NCBI RefSeq assembly: GCF_006345805.1
Contig: NW_021831929.1
Location: 1-33,752 of the forward strand
Direction: 5' to 3'
Origin: Octopus sinensis
Lineage: Eukaryota
Length of the DNA: 33,752 bases
In this document: positions 1 to 11,904 of the stretch, one piece after another
Position numbering within the stretch: position 1 is the first letter of the stretch
Layout: every line of letters starts with the position of its first letter
Notes under the pieces: generated by a model
Database searches by the model: none
What the model saw: only the letters and a program-made list of their open reading frames with translations
Told to the model about the DNA's origin: nothing
Position numbers and translations under genes: made by a program

Positions 1-10
1 TGTGGGTATA

Positions 11-507
11 TATTAAACGTTATTTAATTTAATCTTAAGGCTAATTAGAAGATAGAGTATCTGAAGAATTATTAACAATATTAAAACAATATTAAACGTT
101 ATTTAATTTAATCTTAAGGCTAATTAACAGTAATTATTAAAATATTAAACAATGTTAAACGTTATTTAATTTTAACCTAAGGCATTAACAATAATTATTA
201 ACAATATTAAACGTTATTTAATTTAATTCCTAAGGCTAATTTGACGTTTTTAATATTAAACGTTATTTAATTTAATCTTAAAGGCTAATTAGAAGATAGA
301 GTATCTGAAAAAATTATTAACAATATTAAAACAATATTAAACGTTATTTAATTTAATCTTAAGCTAATTAACAATAATTATTAACAATATTAAACACTTA
401 TTAAACGTTATGTAAACTTAATCCTAAGGCTAATTTGACGGTATCAATATTAAACGTTATTTAATTATCTTAAGGCTAATAGAAGATAGAGTATCGGAAA
501 ATTATTA
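11..507. repeat. AT-rich minisatellite with higher-order structure
   Basis: A ~36-bp core TATTAAACGTTATTTAATTTAATCTTAAGGCTAATT starts at about 11, 90, 153, 205, 254, 335, 399 and 448. Cores are separated by three recurring linker types in the order A,B,B,C,A,B,C,A. Confidence 0.9.
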
Positions 508-977
508 TATCGAGAACAGATATTGAAAATGTAAACAAACAAAATGACGATCGCAACTTTAACTAAGTGGGGCCTAAGTGAAAGATAAAATAGAATAATA
601 AATAAAATATGAAATAGATGGAAATTGATACTTAATCCAACAATGTGGTCTGGATTATTTTTTTTGGTTTACGGGATTTTTTTCAGGAGAGATGGCTTCT
701 TTTTTCTTTCTTGCAGGAGATAACTTGATTCAGTTATTTTTGCACCATGTTGCGTTTCGGCGATAATAAAATTACTGTGTATATGTATATAGTTTATATA
801 TATATTTTTTTAAATATTTTAAAACCAAAGTGTTTGTAGTGATCTCTATGAGTTAGAGGTTTTACGTTTTGCAACTACAGTGGGTTATTTCGCAGTTCTA
901 TGCAAACTTTTTCACAGAGCAAAGGCAATCACGTCTTTCTCTGCTGAAAACGGAACCGGATACGGATATCTATCTAT

Positions 978-1188
978 TAATGTATATATATTATATGTAT
1001 ATATATATAATATATTATATATTATATTATATATACATATATATATACATATATGTATATATATATATGTAATATATTATATGTATATGTATATATATAT
1101 ATGTATATATGACATATATATATATATAATATATATATATATATATTAGATATATACATATATATATACATATATATATATATATTAA

Positions 1189-1265
<77 letters not shown>

Positions 1266-1280
1266 GTATAATATATATAA
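978..1280. repeat. (TA)n microsatellite, imperfect
   Basis: Direct reading of TA repeats with interspersed TATG/TACA variants. Confidence 0.95.
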
Positions 1281-1361
1281 CGGGAAGCTTTATGAAAATA
1301 GACAAAATACGAAGGCAGGGTGGAAAACAACAAAACAATTGTATAGTATGGCGTCAGGAAA
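1274..1361 (-). repeat. PLE-A 3' terminal direct repeat (pseudo-LTR segment)
   Basis: TATATAACGGGAAGCTTTATGAAAATAG...TCAGGAAA recurs at 5899-5986 with a few differences. Confidence 0.85.
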
Positions 1362-1381
1362 ATATAAATAATAAAACAAGT

Positions 1382-1416
1382 CTTTAACGTTCGAGCCGAC
1401 GCTCTTCAACAGAAGA
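1382..1416 (-). ncRNA. Degenerate minimal hammerhead ribozyme (HHR1)
   Basis: Minus strand reads TCTT-CTGTTGA-A-GAGC-gtcg-GCTC-GAA(-)C-GTT-AAAG. Stem II is a perfect 4 bp; the core has A6U and GAAAC lacks one A. Confidence 0.5.
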
Positions 1417-1589
1417 TACACAGAGAGAAAAAAAACAGACAGAAAGAAGGAGAGAAAAAAATGCGTGCCAGTAACTAACGAATAAACATGGCGATCTGAT
1501 TTCGGCCAGAGATCTCAAAGATCAAACATGAGACGCGAGAGCGAAATAAGGGAAGATAATAGGGTTGATATAGGGTTGAATGACCAGCT

Positions 1590-1935
1590 ATTAGTGCGTA
1601 GGACAGGTCTGGACGTGTGTATGTATAGGGTTGGTGTAGTATTTAGTATGTATTAGTATGTATAAGGGTGTGTGTTGTGTGTGTGTGTGTGTGTATGAGA
1701 GAGTATTAGTGCGTAGGATAGGTCTGGACGTGCGTATGTATGGGGTTGGTGTATGATTAGTATGTATTAGTACGTATTAGTATGTATAAGGTGTGTGTTG
1801 TGGTGTGTGTATGAGAGATATAAGTGCGCGTAATTGGGGGTCTGGACGGTGTATGTATGGGTTGGTGTATGTATTAGTATGTATTAGTATGTATAAGTAC
1901 GTATTAGTATGTATTAGTTGGTGTATGTATTAGTA
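1590..1935. repeat. ~115-bp tandem repeat with GTATTAGTAT subrepeats in the PLE-A 3' UTR
   Basis: About three degenerate copies of TATTAGTGCGTAGGA.AGGTCTGGACGTG.GTATGTAT.GGGTTGGTGTA...GTATTAGTATGTATAAG. Confidence 0.85.
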
Positions 1936-1983
1936 TGGCACATCATATATGATGTGATGTGTAAAGTCGTGTGTGTGCAGTGA

Positions 1984-2400
1984 GGAGAAGAAAGAGGGGG
2001 GGAAGGGGAAGGGGAAGGAGAGGGGGAACAGGAGAGGGGGGGGGGAGAGAGAGGGGAGAGAGAGAGGAGGGGGAGGAAAGAGAGGAGAGGGAAGAGAGGA
2101 TGGGGAGGAGAGGAGGGGAGAAGGAGGGGAGGGGAGGGTGGAGGAAGGAGGGAAAGAGGGAGAGGGGGGGAGAGAAGAGAGAGGGTGGAGGAAAGGGGAA
2201 AGAGGGAGAGAGGGGGAGAGAGAAGGGGGGAGTGAGGGAAGCAAGAGGGACGGGGAAGAGGGAGGAGGCGGGAGAAAGAGGGAAGAAGGAAGGGGAGTAG
2301 GGTGAAAGGATTGAAGGAATGGAAGAAGTAGAGGGTCGGGGGGGGAGGATAGGTGAGGAGGGGGGAGGAGGGGGGGGGTTAGATGAGGAGGGGGAGAGAG
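1984..2400. repeat. Polypurine (G/A) low-complexity tract
   Basis: Almost purely G/A on the plus strand. The Pro/Ser- and Gly/Glu/Arg-rich ORFs here are compositional artefacts. Confidence 0.9.
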
Positions 2401-5281
2401 TTGAGACCAAATGGCGTATAAGAGCGAAGATAGAAGATTAATTCCTGTTCACGGCGCAAACGGGAATCCGGATTGGCCTCTGTTGTAAGGACAAACCGAA
2501 CACAGATAGGTGTTTGCAAGGAGTGACCGGTGGAGCGGAAATGGCGTGAGACCGGTGTGTCGTTCGCAAGTGGGATGTCACGAAGGTGTTCCACGAACCG
2601 GTCAGCCCAAGCGGCCGTCCCGTTTGTCCGATGTACAAGGAATTGCAGAGAGAGCAAGACGACAATAGATAATATTGCTGGAGGTGCAGGTGAAGGAGTG
2701 GATGATGGATAGGGTCGATGGTGGGTGCTAGTGAGGCGGGGTGGTGTTGGAGAGGTAAGGGCAAGGCGCAACGTGGGCGGGAGCAGGGGAACGAGCCGGG
2801 TTGGGAGGTAGGGTCAGGGAAGGAGCTATGGACCAAAAGGTCTCGAAGGTTGTGGGCTCGTTTGAAAGAGGGGAGGGGTATGAAGTGGACGGGTCGGACT
2901 GGAGATGACGGAAAGCTCGAAGAATGGTGCATTGGAGACGTAGGGTCGTGGGGTGGTAAGTGAGGGGAAAAGGGAGGCGGGAGACTACAGGGCGGGTTCG
3001 GGGAGAGAGAGCAGATACACGGTCCACGGACCGTGCTCTGGCAAGGGCGGTGTGGGATAGTGGTGAGGGGGTATCCACGTAGGGTGAAGTGGTGAGCCAT
3101 ACGTTGAGGACTGAGTCTCAAAGTCATGGTCCGTCACTACAGAGCCTACGTAGACGGAGGAATTGGGAATAGGGTATGGAAAGCTTGGGTGTGTCTGGGT
3201 GGGAGGAAGAGAGTTGAGGTATGAGTGTGAGTCTGTGTGTTTGTAGTGAATGGAGGTGGTAAGAGTGGAGTGAAGAATGCTAACCGAAATGTCGAGGAAG
3301 GAGACAGAGGTGTTGGAGATAGTGGAAGTGAAGTGGAGGGCAGGATGGAAAGATGGACGAAAGAGAGGAAGGAATCTAGATGTTCACGGAGAGTGAGGTG
3401 GCACCGATAATGTCGTCAATGTAACGACCATATAGTTCAGGAGTGGGACCAGTGAATTAGAGAATATATTTGGGCCTCAACATAGCCAACGAACAGGTTC
3501 GCATAGTTGGGGCCCATTCGCGTTCCCATGGCCACTCCCGAGACCTGATGGTAGAACTCGCCCGCGAACGAGAAGCAGTTCAGAGTAAGGACAAGTTCGG
3601 CCAGACGAATGAGTGTGGAGGTGTCAGGTACAGGGGTTAGAGCGAAGGTCAAGAAAGTGTCGAAGGGCCTGCAGTTTCGTGGTGAGGGATAACAGTATAT
3701 GAGGCTTTCGATGTCCATAGTAAAAAGGATTTTGGAGGAGCCGGGAGGAAAGGAGAAAGAGTTGTTGAAAAGCCGGAGAGCATGGTTGGTATCGTGGATG
3801 TGGGAGGGGAAGAGATGCCACTAAGGGGCAAGGACACGGTCGAGGTATTTAGAGATGAGCTCCGTGGGGCAGTTTACAGGCGGAGACGATGGGGCGGCCA
3901 GGGTTGTTGGGTTTGTTGAATTTTGGGGGAGGAGGAAGTAAAATGGTGGGGGTACGTGGGGGTTCGCACAATTAGGTTGGATGTGGTGCAGGGGGAGACG
4001 GGGAGGACGAGATGAGGTCGCGACAGTAGAGGATACCGTCTGTTGGTAGCTACGTGTGGGGTTAGAGGGCAGAGGGGGGAATAGAAGGAGGTGTCATTGA
4101 GTTGGCGGAAAGCCTCGGCCCTATAGAGGTTTGCGCGCCACACACTACAGCTCCACCCTTGTCAGCCGGTTTGATGATAATGTCAGCGCGCCGTGGAGGG
4201 AACGAACGAAGACCAAGAGCTCAGCCGGGGAGATGTTGAGGCGGCGTTGGCGCCTGGAGAAGTTGAACCGCTCCAATGCACGCTGACAAGCGCCCGCGAA
4301 AAGATCCACTGCTAGAATCTGGCCAGGGGCAGCCGTCCACGGGGATGGTCGGCGGCCCAGGCCAGTGAAGCAGTCCTCTCTCTTCGTTGGGTGTGGGTGG
4401 CGAGTCGTGGTAATGCGCACCCAACCGGACACGGCGCACAAAGCTGTGGACATCAACTCGCGTCTGTAATTCCTTACAGGATGGAGTGAGGGGGATGAAA
4501 CGCAGACCCCTACCAAGGACGGAGCGTTCAGCCGCAGAGAGGGAGATCGGGGGGAATGGTAACAACAGACGGAAGTGGAGAAGGGGTGGGTGGAATAGAG
4601 TAGGAGGGGTGGTAGGTCTCGTGGAGGTCTGAGGGGAGGGATTGGGGAGGTGTGTGGGGGTGGTTGGGGGGGCAGTAGGGTTAGGTGTAGGTGATGGAGC
4701 CATCGGGAGGGGAGAAGGGGTTGTAGGAGGGGCATGGGGGTTAGGTGTGTGGTGGGATGGAGCCTATCGGGAGGGAGAAGGGTGGTGGAGGAGTTGGGGT
4801 AGTGGCGTCGGGTAGGGTGGAATGGAAGAGTGATTGGAGTTTACGAAGTTTGGTATCAGAAAGAAATTGATGGAAGAGTTTATTCAAATGGATAATGAAG
4901 CGAAGCGTGTTTGGAGCATAGAGAGGCGGCAGAGAGGAGAAGAAGGTGGAGAAAGCAGGAGGAAGAAGGCGGTTGATGGCATGTAGTTTAGAGAGATTGG
5001 AGCGAATGGTGGCCCGCATAAGGCGGTAAGATGTGGTGCGGAGTATGGGTAAGATGAAGAATCCGAGTGGAAGCAGGGTGGAAGTGGAGGCGGAAACCTT
5101 TAGGGATGAGTCGGTGATGTAGGCAGCGGCTTAGGAAAGAGACATGGCTAGAGAAGCGGGTTTTTTTAAAAAGAAGTAGAGAGAGATTAACGGACGGCTG
5201 AAGGCAATATACAGGAAGCGAACGGAGATGATCCTTCAAACGATGATGGAGGGTGAGGAGGTAGGACCTAGGATCCGGCAT
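2379..5281 (-). pseudogene. PLE-A polyprotein (RT plus GIY-YIG endonuclease), multiply frameshifted
   Basis: Start MPDPRSY (ATG 5281). Motifs in order: LSAAERSVLGRGLRFIP; IIKPADKGGAVVW (~4145-4180); DIESL and GVAMGTRMGPNYANLF (ORF 3437-3718); RYIDD (3412-3426); Cys linker FPCSRPRC; LYIGQT..L.DRFVEH...EQELIFYLRSYTPFGLN (ORF 2379-2771). Confidence 0.9.
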
Positions 5282-5898
5282 GATGGGATAGCGGAAAAAA
5301 AACAAACGTTCGAAAAAACAAAAAAAAAACAAAAAAAAAATTATCGTATGAAAAAAATAGAAAAAAAAGGATAGCAAAAAAAAGGGGAAAAAACAAACGT
5401 TAAAAAAAAACAAAAAAATAATCGTATGAAAAAACTAGATAAGTAAGCGATAGGGGCAGAAAAGACGGGGCAAACGGAAAAGGGAAAGAAAGAAGGGAAG
5501 CAGAGAGAGAAGGAGGCAAAAAAGGGGGGTGCAGGCAGAGGAAAAGAGTATGGACATCCAGAGAGGGAAAAAAGACGGAAAGGAGAACAAAAATGCAGGA
5601 AAAAATGTGGAAGCATGAAATGAATGTAAAAAAGTGTAATATATGAGAAAATAAAATAACAACAAATGGGACAGTTTATGCGAACAAGTTCAAGGTTGAA
5701 AGTTCAAGGTGAGAAATGTGTAGACGTCGTGGTATATTTTTTAAGGATTTCACATCAATGCAAAGTCACTTTGATCCGCGAAAGAGAGGTGCAGCCAATG
5801 GTAAGTATCCAAGAGGTAAAGAAAATCCAAGGTAGAGGTAAGTGTTGATAGTGGTATTGGTAGAATATAGGATGAAGTGAGACCACGTGAGCGCATAA

Positions 5899-5986
5899 TA
5901 TATAACGGGAAGCTTTATGAAAATAGCAAAATACGAAGGAGTGGTGGAAACAAACAAACAATTGTATTAGTATGGCGCTCAGGAAA
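5899..5986 (-). repeat. PLE-A 5' terminal direct repeat (pseudo-LTR segment)
   Basis: Matches 1274-1361 and stops short of the hammerhead motif. Confidence 0.85.
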
Positions 5987-6235
5987 TACATATATATACA
6001 TATATGTATATAATGTATATATATATGTATATATATATATGTATATATGTGTATAATATATATGTATATATATATATATATGTATATATGTGTATATATA
6101 TTGTATATATATATAGTATATATGGTATATATATATATGTATATATATATATATCTATATATGTATATGTATATATGTATATATATATGTATATATATAT
6201 ATGTATATATATTATGTATATATATATATATATAC
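5987..6235. repeat. (TA)n / (TATATG)n microsatellite
   Basis: Direct reading. Confidence 0.95.
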
Positions 6236-8156
6236 TGTTGGAAATCGAAAAATGTCTGCAACTCTCCCATGAAAAAGAAAGAGCAGACAAGAAGCCTGGG
6301 CTATAGAAAACATAAAATCTAACCCCAGAGCTTTCTACAGGTATGCCAAAGAAACAGCTACAGTGCACTGTAGAATAGGGCCACTCCTCGAAAGATGGCA
6401 CACTTACAGGAAAACCAATGAGGGTAAGTGAAATACGAATGAGCAATTCAAGAGTGTTTTCACTCCACTCCCTGGGCATCTCCAAATCACCAATCCAACT
6501 GACTTTTTTACCACTGCAGATATAAAATCAGAGGCGGCGACGATAGATTACATCGATATAAAGGAAGACGATGTAACCAAGGCTATAGATGAAATGAAAA
6601 CAGACTCAGCTACTGGCCCCGATGGATTCCCGGCAATCCTCCTAAAAGCATGTAAGAGAGTCCTAGCAGTTCCTCTTTCAGAGCTTCCTTGCAGCTGGCA
6701 AACTTCCAGGAAAACTGAAGGAAGGTAAAATATGCCCCATTCATAAAGGAGGTAGCAGAGCGGAAGCCAAGAACTACAGACCTATCTCTCTGACCTCACA
6801 CATCAGCAAGGTCATGGAACGAATAGTCAGAAGGAAGCTGATCACCTTCCTTGAAGAGAATGACTTGCTGCCCGACACCCAACATGGTTTCCGACCAGGG
6901 AGAAGCTGTTTAACTCAGCTCCTACAACACTATGACTGGGTGCTGAAACGGCTGCTCAACCACTCAAATGTGGAAGTGATATATCTCGACTTTGCAAAGG
7001 CCTTTGATAAAGTCGATCATGGAATGATATGTCACAAACTGCGTGATCTCAACATAGTTGGAAAACTGGGAGAATGGCTTCATGACTTTCTGAAGGATAG
7101 AAGTCAGGTGGTAGTAGCCAATGGGGTCACCTCCATTAACACACAAATAGTGAGCGGTGTTCCGCAGGGCACTGTTCTGGGACCACTACTGTTCATAATG
7201 GCCCTCTCAGACATGCCCTCAGCCACGCAGAGAGCCACGATCACAAGTTATGCAGATGATACAAAAGTTTCACAGGCAATACAGAACCCTGAGGACACTA
7301 AACACCTGCAATGTGAGCTGGACGAAATATACAAGTGGGCTGAAAAGAATAGCATGCAGTTCAATGCTGGAAAGTTTCAAGCTTTATACTATCAGCATGC
7401 AAAACTGAATGCAATACCCAATGAATACACTGGACCGGAGGGATTGCAATCCCAGAGGCACAATCAGTGCGTGACCTGGGTATTCACATGAGTGATGACG
7501 CGACCTTTCATGTACATGTTGCTAAACTGACAATGAAATGTAGACGGCTGGCTCGATGGATCTTAGAACCTTTAGAACAAGAGAACAACAAGACCATGAT
7601 GGTCCTCTGGAAGACACTTGTCCTAAGCCACTTTGACTATTGCTCTCAGCTATGGTCACCATCCAGTGTCAAGTTGATCACAGAACTTGAGGCGATCCAA
7701 CGAAGCTACACAAAGAAGATAGCCTCTATGCAGAATGTAAGCTACTGGAAAGACTCAAGAGATTAAAATTATATTCTCTGGAGCGTAGGCGGGAAAGATA
7801 TGCCATAATCTACATCTGGAAGATCCTGGAGGGAAGTGTCCTGAACTTTGGCATCGAGAGTTACGCAAATGCCAGAACTGGGCGCCACTGCGTGGTGCCT
7901 AGGACTCCAAACCTGCCATCAAGATGTAGGACAAGATTCTGTGATAGCCTGGGCTTCGAGGCCCACAGCTCTTCATATCCTCCCGAAGAACCTGAGAGAC
8001 CTGCATGGGGTGGATACAGATGCCTTTAAAATGAAGCTGGATCTCTTCCTGTCAGGTGTCCCAGATGAACCAACTTCACGGCAGGAGGGGCAGATGAGGG
8101 CAGCTGCATCGAACTCTCTCATGCACCAAATAGCAGTCGCTAGAAAGCCTCCATGA
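6236..8156 (+). pseudogene. LINE ORF2 reverse transcriptase region, frameshifted
   Basis: ORF pieces 6814-7491, 7467-7766 and 7848-8156 are collinear with the 646-aa ORF at 16619-18559. Confidence 0.9.
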
Positions 8157-8245
8157 AGTGAAACCGAGTAGCAACACCAAATGGCGGTGCCCCAGCATGG
8201 CCACAGCTCATAAGCTGAAACTAGAATCAATCAATCAATCAATCA
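6236..8245 (+). mobile_element. CR1/L2-group LINE, subfamily 1, 5'-truncated
   Basis: RT motifs NYRPISLTSHISKVMER, QHGFRPGRSCLTQLL, YLDFAKAFDKVDH, VPQGTVLGP and YADD. It has a short 3' UTR with a hairpin and an (AATC)n tail at ~8224-8245. Confidence 0.9.
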
Positions 8246-9018
8246 TATGTATATATATATATATATATTTTCGATGTTGGTTATTTTTTTACATTGTTTC
8301 ATTCATAATTTTTGAGTGGTGTTCGTTTTGCCACGTGAATAACCGGGTGGTGGACTAGCGTTGCTTGGAATTGTGAATGGAATAGTGTAGTAGTGAGGTA
8401 GGCATAGAGAATGGGATTGGGTTACTGCAAGTTGTTTGTTAGAGCTGCTAAGGTGAGTTAAAGCTCATAAATGTATTTAATGATTTTTGTGGGTGTGTAA
8501 GTATTGTTGTATATGTCGAGTTTAGTGAGTATGTATATGCGTATATGTGAGGGAGTATATATCTGTTGTGTGTGCGTGTTTTGCGTGTGTGTGTGTGTTT
8601 GTGTGTGATGTGTATATGGGTTTGTTATTTAGTTTTGGGATGTATGTGTTAATTTGTCTGTGTGGGGAGGGAGTGGGTTTTGGTGTATATTGAGGTTTAT
8701 AAGTTAGTATAGGTATGTGTATAAGTCGTGGTCTGTGGTTTACGTGTGTGTATTTGTGTGTGAATGTTTAGGTTAGGGGGATTACTATATAGGTTTGTTT
8801 TAGAGTTTAGCAAGGGAGATTTTATCGTTATATGTTTTTTAAGAGATTTGTTTTTATCATGGTTTTTTTTAGGGAATTCGTGGTAATTTGTCTATATTTT
8901 CGATATGGATTATATATAGGTTATATATGGATTATATACTTATATTTTTTCATTTATACTTTAATTATTAAAATTATTATTTTTATATTTTAAAATTTTG
9001 ATTTTTTAGATTGGAAGT

Positions 9019-9061
9019 CCACCTGAAGATTGTCGATCAAGACAAGAAACGATTGTAGTGG
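9019..9061 (+). ncRNA. Minimal type I hammerhead ribozyme, canonical core (HHR2)
   Basis: CCAC-CTGAAGA-TTGTC-gatcaa-GACAA-GAAAC-gatt-GTA-GTGG. Stem I is 4 bp and stem II 5 bp. ACGAUUGU is self-complementary with G-U pairs. Predicted cleavage is after 9057. Confidence 0.85.
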
Positions 9062-9142
9062 CGGTTTTTTTTACTATTTATTAAAATTTTATGTATTGAT
9101 TAAGTCTTTCCTTGTTTGTTTTGCAAAATAGTGGTTTGTCTC

Positions 9143-9460
<318 letters not shown>

Positions 9461-9463
9461 GTA

Positions 9464-10415
9464 TGGTGTCCTGTACACATATATGCGTTGTATATGTACA
9501 TGTAGAGGTAGGTACGTACATATATGTGTTTTATATATGCATATGTTCTATTTTATTAACATATTATACGACTAAACGCACGCACCCTATTAAGTAAGAT
9601 TGTTCTGTTTATCAAGTTAGCCTTGATATTAACTCTCACGCGACTCTGCATCTTTCTTTCTTTCTCTCCCATTCCCTTTTTCGTCTTTTTTCCCTCACTT
9701 AACTTGTCTCTTCCTCTCTCTCTCATTCTTCATTCTCTCTCTCCCTTTCACCATTCTTCATGGTCTCCTCGCACCATTCCCCTTCTTCTCTCTCTTCCTC
9801 TTGCTCCTCCTCCCCCATTCCCGTCGTCCATCTGCGACGATACTTCCGTCGTAACTGCTATCCTGTCTTTTCTTGCCCGCCTTCTAAGGCTACTGGTCGA
9901 CATTCTTTCTCTCTCGTCGTCCACTATAATCCAGCGTTTGCAATACTTTTTTCGTCTGGCGTTAACAGCCCTTCTTATCTTGTTCTCCTTGTCCTGTCTC
10001 TCACTGTTATATATTTATTTTTCCACTGTTTATATATATTTTTTACTGTTTATATGTTTGTACTGTCGTTACCGTCTTGCTTTTTTTACCCCTCTGCGAA
10101 AAGATCTCAGAATTTTAATTGATTTGCTTTTCGCAGAAGGAAGTTTTTTCGAAGTATACGTCTCGCTTTTATCCTTCGAAACGTTTAGTAGATGAAACCT
10201 TAGCGACTGAAGAAGGGGATTTTTCGTTGTGCTTATTGTCCTGTATCTTTTTTTGCTTGTCTTGTTCCTTGGTTTGTGTCTATGTTTTTCGTCTCTCTAT
10301 GTGTTCGACGTCTTTTTGGTGTCCTGTACACATATATGCGTGTATATGTACATGTAGAGGTAGGTACGTACATATATGTTTATATATATGCATATGTTCT
10401 ATTTTATTAACATAT
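9464..10415 (+). mobile_element. Non-coding ~853-bp dispersed repeat with ~100-bp terminal redundancy (element E, copy 1)
   Basis: 9464-9564 is repeated at 10317-10415. Inverted copies occur at 19365-20557. No RT-like ORF. Strand is assigned arbitrarily. Confidence 0.7.
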
Positions 10416-10440
10416 GTATATATATATATATGTATATATA

Positions 10441-11752
10441 TACGCCAACGAACTACCACATCGCATCAAAAAAGAATTCGTGATAGAAGGGGTTAAATTC
10501 ATCCTGGAAAATAACTTCTTCGCCTTCAAAGACAACTTCTACCGACAAAAACCGGGGACTGCGATGGGTACACGAATGGCCCCCTCCTTTGCCAACCTAG
10601 TCATAGGATATCTAGAGATCAGTCTGTATCGTAAGGTTCTAGAAAGATATGGCAGCCCTTTCTCCATCAACATAGAAAACAACTGGAAGTGATATCTAGA
10701 TGACTATTTCATCCTTTGGCATAAAAATATAGAAAAACTCATAGAATTCCAAGAAATTTTAAACGGACTGGACGTAAACATCCAATTCATGATGGAATAT
10801 AGCCAGCAACAACTCCCCTTCCTCGATATCCTCATTAAGAAAGCTAATAATGTAATAGAAACAGACATATATTATAAGCCTACAGATTCTAAGCAATATC
10901 TTCCATTTAATTCATGCCACCCCAGACACACCAGGATGAATATCCCCTTCAATCTAGCAAAAAGGATATGCACTATATTTTCTAATGCAAACACCAGAGA
11001 CACACGACTACAAAAACTAAAAGACACCCTTATCACCAGGAACTACCCACCTTCACTTATTGACATGTGCATTCAACTTAACATCAAGGAACTGAGACAT
11101 CCCAAATCAAAGAAAAACTTACGACCAAAAGCCTTACCATATATCTCCACACACAACCCTCTCAATAATGAAGCCTTCGGCACCATCCTCCACAACATAT
11201 CTCTCCTAAAAAAAGACCACAGAATGAACTTAATCCTCCAAACACACACGATCATAAAAAGCAAGAGACAGCCTAAATCTATGAAAAGTCTCCTAACACA
11301 AGCCCGAATACACTCTTCAACACAGAAGCCGACAGTAAAAAAATGTGGAAGACCCAATTGCGGGATATGCGATTATCTAATTGAGGGATCAGAGTTCTCC
11401 TTCAAACAGGGACAACGGTTTAAAGTGAAAAGCAACTTCACATGTGCTACGGAGAACCTAATATACTCATTAACCTGCTCCGGGTGTCAAGAGCAGTACA
11501 TAGGCCAACAAAAAATAGTTTGCGTAAAAGAATGGCCCTGCACAGATCCCAGATAAAAATTCCCCAAAACAGAAAAAATAGCTTTCAGCCAACACATAGA
11601 TACTTGCGCCATCAACAAACACCAGGCTTCAGGATTTTCCCCCCCTCTACCAATTTAGGGACGATACAACCTCGAGACAACGAACAAGTAAAGAAACTCT
11701 CTTTATTACAAAATACAGGCCACTTCTTAACGGGTCTACGACAAACGATTAA
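10441..11752 (+). pseudogene. PLE-B RT C-terminal half plus GIY-YIG endonuclease
   Basis: GTAMGTRMAPSFANL; WK*YLDD (TGA 10690-10692); LPFLDILI; YYKPTDSKQYLPFNSCHP; KKCGRPNCGICDYL; NLIYSLTCSGCQEQYIGQ; stop at 11750-11752. Confidence 0.9.
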
Positions 11753-11904
11753 TATACTTCAACTTTAGAATAAAAGAAATACACACACAAATATTACATT
11801 CCAAAGAATCCATTACAAATCAGCCCCAATCACAGCTATAATCCATAACGTGCCAACTTCAAGTCATACAACACCTCACTACTTTCACCCATTCATATTC
11901 TCCC

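Larger units (their letters stand above)
1274..5986 (-). mobile_element. Penelope-like retroelement (PLE-A), near full length, decayed
   Basis: Frameshifted RT plus C-terminal GIY-YIG coding region on the minus strand. It has ~88-bp direct terminal repeats (1274-1361 and 5899-5986), a hammerhead-like motif in the 3' repeat region, and (TA)n on both flanks. Confidence 0.9.

Noticed and set aside
11-507. CRISPR-like array (36-bp repeats with intervening segments)
   Set aside because: The linkers recur as three related types rather than unique spacers, their lengths vary widely, there are no cas genes, and the context is eukaryotic.
828-890. TGTAGT...ACTACA inverted pair resembling a hammerhead stem I
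   Set aside because: No CUGANGA/UUGANAA core with GAAA in the proper register on either strand.
10174-10220. Complete hammerhead in element E (GAAAC plus CTGAAGA)
   Set aside because: The halves are in permuted order and no stem I pairing next to a cleavage triplet can be drawn. It is kept only as a hint in the element E finding.
10690-10692. In-frame TGA as possible selenocysteine in PLE-B
   Set aside because: It sits at the conserved Arg of KRYLDD and the sister copy has AGA, so it is an ordinary nonsense mutation.
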